From Nitrospirota bacterium (lineage in GTDB: Bacteria; Nitrospirota; UBA9217), in assembly GCA_029858565.1 (NCBI GenBank), contig JAOUEV010000027.1, positions 1 to 45,892 on the forward strand: a DNA stretch of 45,892 bases. Direction: 5' to 3'. Shown here piece by piece: positions 40,714 through 45,892 of the stretch. Numbering within the stretch: position 1 is the stretch's first letter; every line of letters begins with the position of its first letter. Below the pieces are notes generated by a model. That model made no database searches and was not told the DNA's origin. It was given only the letters and a program-made list of their open reading frames with translations. The position numbers were made by a program, and so were the translations under genes.

Positions 40714-41709
40714 CTAGTTCGCGCCGATGCGTTTCAGTGATGACTCCGGTGATTCGAGGGGCGGGCCTGCGGTGAATGTTTCTTCGTTGAAACGGATCTT
40801 CCGCATCATCCCGGAGATCTTTTTGCTGTAGGTGACGATGAGGCGTCCGGCGAGTATCTTCATCTCCTCTGTTGGAGCGCCGGTCAGGATCGCGGCAGGT
40901 CCCATAAAATCGAACGGCTCCAGCAGATGGTAGCCCGGAGAAGCGATCTCGGCCAGCACCTCATTCTCCCTGCGGTCCCTGCCGAGAACGATGCGCACGC
41001 CTGGAGAGACCTTGAAATGGCGGCCAACGGTCAGGAGGCGGATATCGAGCGGTATCACGCGTTCCTGTTCCTGAAAAAGGTCACGGAGCTTTTCGGAGAA
41101 GTTCTCGTCGGTAAGCAGGCAGCCGCCGGCGGGCGCTGAAAATCCCCGGATGCCGAATCGTTCGGCAAGTTTGAACTGCGCTGTTCTGCCCCTGCCGCTG
41201 AACCCGAGCAAGCGGCTGCGCTCGACAAGGCCGTCCAGCTCGGCCTGCGTGGGCGGCATCACCAGAGCGGAGAGGGGACGCAGGATGCGTCCGCGGAGTC
41301 CGGAATCCCGTTCGATGACATTGAGCGTGTCCCGTCGCTGCGACATGGGGCGCTGGCCCAGCACTTCGCCGGTGATGATGAACGGGGACCCGAGTTCCTC
41401 CATCACCGATCTTGCCTTCTGCAGCATGAAGATCTTGCAGTCAATGCAGGGATTGATGTTCTTTCCATACCCGTGACGGGGATCCCTGATCAGGTCGATG
41501 TATTCCTGACCAAGGTCGATGATCCTGAGCGCGATGCCGGTCTCCTCCGACACCCGCGCTGCGTGAGTGTTCTGTTCATGGCCGAAGGCCTTGGAAAAGG
41601 CTGAGGTGAAGTAGAGACCGGTCACCTCATAGCCCTGGTCCATCACCACGCGCGCCGCCAGAATGCTGTCGAGCCCTCCCGAGATAAGTGCCACTGCTTT
41701 GCGCGCCAC
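40714..41709 (-). CDS. PP-loop tRNA thiolase-like protein (THUMP-less ThiI/MnmA-like, DUF814-type C-terminus)
   Basis: SGGLDS, NPCIDCK, TGEVLGQRPMSQ, LRPL, AGGCLLTD, GRHF; AAGGAGG SD before the GTG start. Confidence 0.88.
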   Translation of the reverse strand: MARKAVALISGGLDSILAARVVMDQGYEVTGLYFTSAFSKAFGHEQNTHAARVSEETGIALRIIDLGQEYIDLIRDPRHGYGKNINPCIDCKIFMLQKARSVMEELGSPFIITGEVLGQRPMSQRRDTLNVIERDSGLRGRILRPLSALVMPPTQAELDGLVERSRLLGFSGRGRTAQFKLAERFGIRGFSAPAGGCLLTDENFSEKLRDLFQEQERVIPLDIRLLTVGRHFKVSPGVRIVLGRDRRENEVLAEIASPGYHLLEPFDFMGPAAILTGAPTEEMKILAGRLIVTYSKKISGMMRKIRFNEETFTAGPPLESPESSLKRIGAN

Positions 41710-41823
41710 ACAGTCCTCCTTGCGAACTCCGGTGATAATACCCGTTCATCGCCGCTCGGCGCAAGACCGAATCAGGCGCACGACCTATACGGCCGGATGG
41801 CTCCGCATTGAGCACCATTTTTC

Positions 41824-41852
41824 TTGACAAAACCGGTTGTTCACCGTAATCT
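41824..41852 (+). promoter_or_regulatory. pheS promoter
   Basis: TTGACA-17 nt-TAATCT, 14 nt before the ATG at 41867; no SD, attenuator or T-box. Confidence 0.6.
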
Positions 41853-41866
41853 GAGCCGCACGTACC

Positions 41867-43435
41867 ATGGATATCTCCTCGCTGAATAAACTGTTCGAAA
41901 GCCTCCATCCGCTCGAGAACAAATTCCTTCTGACCTTTGCCCAGGGCGACCTTTTGACCGCACCGCGGGTCATCGAACTGTCAGGCCTTGACGAGTCGCG
42001 CCTTGACATGGCATCGGGCTGGCTTGTATCGAAGGGGCTGCTCTCGGTCACCGAGGAACCGGGTGTCTCCCTGGTGACGCTCACCGAGACCGGTTCTGAA
42101 TACCGCGATAAGGGCACTCCGGAGCAGCGCATCATCAGGGCGCTCCAGGAGGGAAAACAGTTCTCGGTCAAGGATATCATCCAGACCTGGGGCATGGATC
42201 CCTCGGAGGTCAGCTCCGCCACCGGCAGCCTCAAGGCGAGCGGCGTGATCCGGATCGTCCAGGGCGGCATTCTGGAACTCGTCACCGGTGCGGACCTGCG
42301 TGCATACGAATACCTTGGAACGGTGATCTCCGAGGTGGGCAGCGGTACCTCTCTCGTGCTTTCCAGTCTTACGCCGGACAAACAGGAACTGGTCCAGGCC
42401 AATTTCCACAAGCGCGGCAAAGGGAAGGGCATCTTCCGCATCACGGAAAAGAAGAACCGCACTTTTTCCCTCACCGAGGCCGGCAAGGAGATCCTGCGGC
42501 TCCTGCGGGAACGCGGAGCCGTGACCGAGGAGGCCTCGGCACTCACCCCGGACATGCTGAAACAGGGGACCTGGAAGAACGTCCGGTTCCGTTCCTACAA
42601 TATTTCGCTGAACCCTCCCCGCACCAGCATCGGCAGGAAGCATCCCTACCGGGAGTTCCTCGATTACGTGAAGTATCAGTTCGTGAGCATGGGATTCCAG
42701 GAGATGCGCGGTCCGCTCGTGGAGAACGAGTTCTGGGACATGGACGCGCTCTTCATGCCCCAGTTCCATCCCGCCCGGAACATCCACGATGTCTATTTCG
42801 TAAAAGATCCGTCCCACGCAAAGGAGATCGAAGCGCCCTTTGGCAGGCAGGTCGCTGCAGCGCATCGTGACGGCGGCAGGACCGGGTCCACGGGCTGGCG
42901 CTATCAGTTCGATTTCGAACGCACGCGGCGGCTGATCCTCCGGAGCCAGGGCACGGCGGTCTCGGCGCGCACGCTCGCGTCAGGTCCCAAAGTGCCGGGC
43001 AAATATTTTTCCATTGCACGGTGCTTCCGTTATGACGCCGTTGATGCGACCCATGCGCCTGATTTCAACCAGGTGGAGGGGATTGTGCTGGGCGAGGACA
43101 TCAATTTCCGGACCCTCCTCGGTCTTCTGAAGCTCTTTGGACAGGAGATCGCCAAAGCTGAAGAGTTCCAGTTCCGGCCGGCCTATTTCCCTTTCACCGA
43201 ACCGTCGGTGGAACTGCATGTGAAGCATCCGAAGCTGGGCTGGATGGAGCTTGGCGGCGCGGGGATCTTCCGGCCCGAGGTGACGCTGCCGCTGGGCGTT
43301 GATGTCCCGGTCATTGCCTGGGGCCTGGGTCTGGACCGCATGGCCATGGTGGCCCTGGGCATCCAGGACATCCGCGACCTGTTCTCGCGGGACCTTGATT
43401 TTGTAAGGACGAAAAAGATCAAACTCGGCCAATAG
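41867..43435 (+). CDS. pheS: phenylalanyl-tRNA synthetase alpha subunit, archaeal/eukaryotic type
   Basis: 522 aa with about 220-aa N-terminal winged-helix extension; WDMDALFMPQFHPAR, FRYDAVDATH, YFPFTEPS, GIFRPE, AWGLGLDR. Confidence 0.96.
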   Translation: MDISSLNKLFESLHPLENKFLLTFAQGDLLTAPRVIELSGLDESRLDMASGWLVSKGLLSVTEEPGVSLVTLTETGSEYRDKGTPEQRIIRALQEGKQFSVKDIIQTWGMDPSEVSSATGSLKASGVIRIVQGGILELVTGADLRAYEYLGTVISEVGSGTSLVLSSLTPDKQELVQANFHKRGKGKGIFRITEKKNRTFSLTEAGKEILRLLRERGAVTEEASALTPDMLKQGTWKNVRFRSYNISLNPPRTSIGRKHPYREFLDYVKYQFVSMGFQEMRGPLVENEFWDMDALFMPQFHPARNIHDVYFVKDPSHAKEIEAPFGRQVAAAHRDGGRTGSTGWRYQFDFERTRRLILRSQGTAVSARTLASGPKVPGKYFSIARCFRYDAVDATHAPDFNQVEGIVLGEDINFRTLLGLLKLFGQEIAKAEEFQFRPAYFPFTEPSVELHVKHPKLGWMELGGAGIFRPEVTLPLGVDVPVIAWGLGLDRMAMVALGIQDIRDLFSRDLDFVRTKKIKLGQ

Positions 43436-43443
43436 ACGAAACA

Positions 43444-45126
43444 ATGCCTACGATAGATATAAAGAAGAAGGACCTCGACGGCTTGATCGGGAAGAAACTT
43501 TCCCTGGAAACGCTCGAAAACCACTTGAAGCTCGCCAAGGCGGAGTTGAAGGAGTACAACGCCGAGAGCGACGATATGAAGGTGGAGCTGTCCGACAGCA
43601 ACCGCCCCGATCTATGGTGCGCAGAGGGCGTGGCGCGCCAGATCAGGATGCACTTGACCGGCAAGCCCGAGGAGTATCCCTTCTTCAAACCCGGCAGGAA
43701 AGCGACGCGGATCATCCGCGTGGCAAAGGACATGAAGGCCGTGCGTCCGTACCTGGCCGCCTGCACTGCTCAGGGCATCAGGATGAACGACGCGGTCCTG
43801 ACCCAGATGATCCAGAGCCAGGACAAGCTCGCTGAGATCTTCGGCAGAAAGCGTTCCACGGTGTCGATCGGTATCTACGAACTGGACAAGATCGCGTTCC
43901 CTGTGGATTACCGTCTTGCTGCGCCCGACGAGATATCTTTCACTCCGCTGGGCATGACCGAGAAGATGACGCTCGGCCGCATCCTTGACCAGCATCCCAA
44001 GGGCATCCAGTACGGCGGGATCGTGCGGCCCTTCAAAAAGTACCCGGTCTTGATCGACGGCATGAACCAGGTGCTGTCCTTTCCGCCGATCATCAACAGC
44101 ACGGAGATCGGCGAGGTAAAGACCACCACCCGCAATGTCCTGGTCGAGGTGACCGGAACGGACCAGCGCATGGTCGCGCTCACCCTGAACATCATCGCGG
44201 TCAGCCTTTACGACCGGGGCGCCGAGATCGATCCGGTCCAGGTCGTTTGTCCTTATGCCACCGACCTCGGCAAGAACATCACCTTTCCCCGGGACACGTC
44301 GATCACGGTCTCGCTCTCACCGGAGCGGTTCTCTCAGGCGCTTGGCGAGGATGTTTCCGCAGTTGATCTGAAGCGCCGGCTGACCGCTTATGGTCACCGC
44401 GTGCGCAGTATGGGAAAGGCGCTCAAGATCACCTGTCCGCCCTACCGCGACGACATGATGCATCCCATGGACATGGTGGAGGATTACGCCATCAGCAGGG
44501 GGTACGAATCCTTCGAGGCGGTGATGCCCAGGGAATCCACGGTCGGCGGACTTTCGTCGCTCGAAGTGTTCTCGGACACGGTCCGCGGCCATATGGTGGG
44601 CACGGGCTTCCAGGAGTTCGTATCGAACATTCTCTGCTCCCGCGAGGAACTCGCCGACGCCCTCTCGGCGGACGACCGTCTGATCGAAGTTGACAATGTC
44701 ATGTCCCTTGCCTATTCCGTGGTCCGACACAGCGTGCTGCCGTCGCTCCTGAACGTCGAGTCGGCAAGTTCCAAGGCGTTCTATCCCCACCGGACCTTCG
44801 AGGTCGGCGAGGTCGCGCTTCCGGACAGCGGCAGCATCATGGGAACGCGGACGGACCTTAACCTCGGAGCGATCATATCTCATCCAACGGCAAATTTTTC
44901 CGAGATGCACTCCACGCTTGACGTATTGCTCTACTACCTCGGCATTGAGTACAAGCTTGTGCCGTCGGAACATCCACTGTTCCTTAGCGGTCGGTGCGGG
45001 AAAGTGCAGGCCGGAGACAATGTGTTGGGCTATATCGGCGAATTGCGGCCCGAGGTGCTTGAGCGGAGGCAGATCGCCATGCCGACGGCAGCGTTCGAGA
45101 TCAATCTAAATAGGATACAGCTGTAG
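43444..45126 (+). CDS. pheT: phenylalanyl-tRNA synthetase beta subunit, archaeal type
   Basis: 560 aa; MPTIDI, NRPDLW, SFPPIINS, PPYRDD..H..D.VED; lacks the bacterial B2 (OB) and B8 (anticodon-binding) domains. Confidence 0.96.
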   Translation: MPTIDIKKKDLDGLIGKKLSLETLENHLKLAKAELKEYNAESDDMKVELSDSNRPDLWCAEGVARQIRMHLTGKPEEYPFFKPGRKATRIIRVAKDMKAVRPYLAACTAQGIRMNDAVLTQMIQSQDKLAEIFGRKRSTVSIGIYELDKIAFPVDYRLAAPDEISFTPLGMTEKMTLGRILDQHPKGIQYGGIVRPFKKYPVLIDGMNQVLSFPPIINSTEIGEVKTTTRNVLVEVTGTDQRMVALTLNIIAVSLYDRGAEIDPVQVVCPYATDLGKNITFPRDTSITVSLSPERFSQALGEDVSAVDLKRRLTAYGHRVRSMGKALKITCPPYRDDMMHPMDMVEDYAISRGYESFEAVMPRESTVGGLSSLEVFSDTVRGHMVGTGFQEFVSNILCSREELADALSADDRLIEVDNVMSLAYSVVRHSVLPSLLNVESASSKAFYPHRTFEVGEVALPDSGSIMGTRTDLNLGAIISHPTANFSEMHSTLDVLLYYLGIEYKLVPSEHPLFLSGRCGKVQAGDNVLGYIGELRPEVLERRQIAMPTAAFEINLNRIQL

Positions 45127-45177
45127 CCTTCCGTAAAGCGAAGTTTGCTTATTGCCACAAACAGCCTCGCATTCCCA

Positions 45178-45891
45178 TCAGTCCATCTTGATCCTGTTCG
45201 GCCAACTGTAGATGTTCATGCGGTCTCCGCGGGCGAAACCAATGAGCGTGATGCCCATGTCCTCGGCGTAGTTGATGGCCATGCAGGATGGCGCAGCCCT
45301 GCTGATCAGGATCGGAAAACGGTTGCGGCCTGCCTTGGTCACGATCTCCGAGGTCACCCTGCCGCTGGTGAGCAGGATCTTGTTCTCCACTGACACGTTC
45401 GCAAGGAACGCTTTCCCTATCAGCTTGTCCACGGCATTGTGTCTGCCGATATCTTCCGAAAAGAACAGTATATCCTTTCCGTCGGACAAGGCGGAACTGT
45501 GCACGCCGCCGGTCTCCAGGTAGAGCGACGAGATGTTCCTGAAGGCAGTGAGCAGATCTCGGATCGCGTTTATGGCGAGCGTCGGGGCTGTTGTGGAAAG
45601 TCTGCGGTCCCGCGACCGGTCATAGGTGGTGAACGTGATGCCCTTGCCGCAGCCCGACGAGATCGCGCGGGTCGCGAAGAGCTTTTCCCAGTCAGCAGGC
45701 AGCGATGCCAGCGTGATCCGCACCAGGGGCTCCGAGTCCGACACTTCGATCGACCGCAGACCGGAGCGGTCCGTAAGGATGCCCTCGGACAGCAGGAATC
45801 CAACGGCAAGTTCCTTGAGCTCCGTGGGGGTGCAAAGCAGGGTGACGAGCTGCGTATCGTTCAGGACCAGCCGGACCGGAAGCTCGGCCGC
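45178..45891 (-). CDS. fdhD: formate dehydrogenase accessory sulfurtransferase FdhD (5' partial)
   Basis: Frame open to the window edge (ELPVRLVLN...CTP..LKELAVGFLLSEG), SSGCG, TGGVH, EDIGRHNAVDK, SGR, GFAR. Confidence 0.95.
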   Translation of the reverse strand, partial: AAELPVRLVLNDTQLVTLLCTPTELKELAVGFLLSEGILTDRSGLRSIEVSDSEPLVRITLASLPADWEKLFATRAISSGCGKGITFTTYDRSRDRRLSTTAPTLAINAIRDLLTAFRNISSLYLETGGVHSSALSDGKDILFFSEDIGRHNAVDKLIGKAFLANVSVENKILLTSGRVTSEIVTKAGRNRFPILISRAAPSCMAINYAEDMGITLIGFARGDRMNIYSWPNRIKMD

Positions 45892-45892
45892 C

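Overview
A GC-rich (roughly 55-60% by eye) bacterial chromosome segment that is mostly housekeeping. Protein style and gene order suggest an anaerobic Nitrospirota/Desulfobacterota-like organism (inference, no database search). It carries guaB, a TudS/DUF1722 fusion, rluB with a 222-bp tandem-repeat tail, a vapBC-type TA pair, tsaB-rimI, a long branched-chain amino acid/phospholipid cluster (ilvD-ilvB-ilvN-[lipoprotein]-ilvC-psd-pssA-leuA-[orphan]-leuC-leuD-leuB-asd-asd), a membrane-anchored decaheme cytochrome c, an AT-rich islet with a lone Cro-like HTH gene, suhB, DUF362, an HNH nuclease, pyrF-pyrE, a non-canonical RpoD-like sigma factor with a long structured upstream region, a coupled APH-like kinase plus CysC-like kinase pair, a ThiI/MnmA-like PP-loop thiolase, archaeal-type pheS/pheT and a partial fdhD. 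I found no rRNA, tRNA, CRISPR array or transposase. The most unusual signals are: (1) cryptic 7-nt-periodic and 9-nt-periodic/palindromic elements at many gene junctions, often where accessory genes sit; (2) recurring promoters placed to give leaderless mRNAs; (3) the two-kinase operon of unknown substrate; (4) the archaeal-type PheRS; (5) the divergent sigma factor and its leader RNA; and (6) the higher-order repeat tail of RluB.
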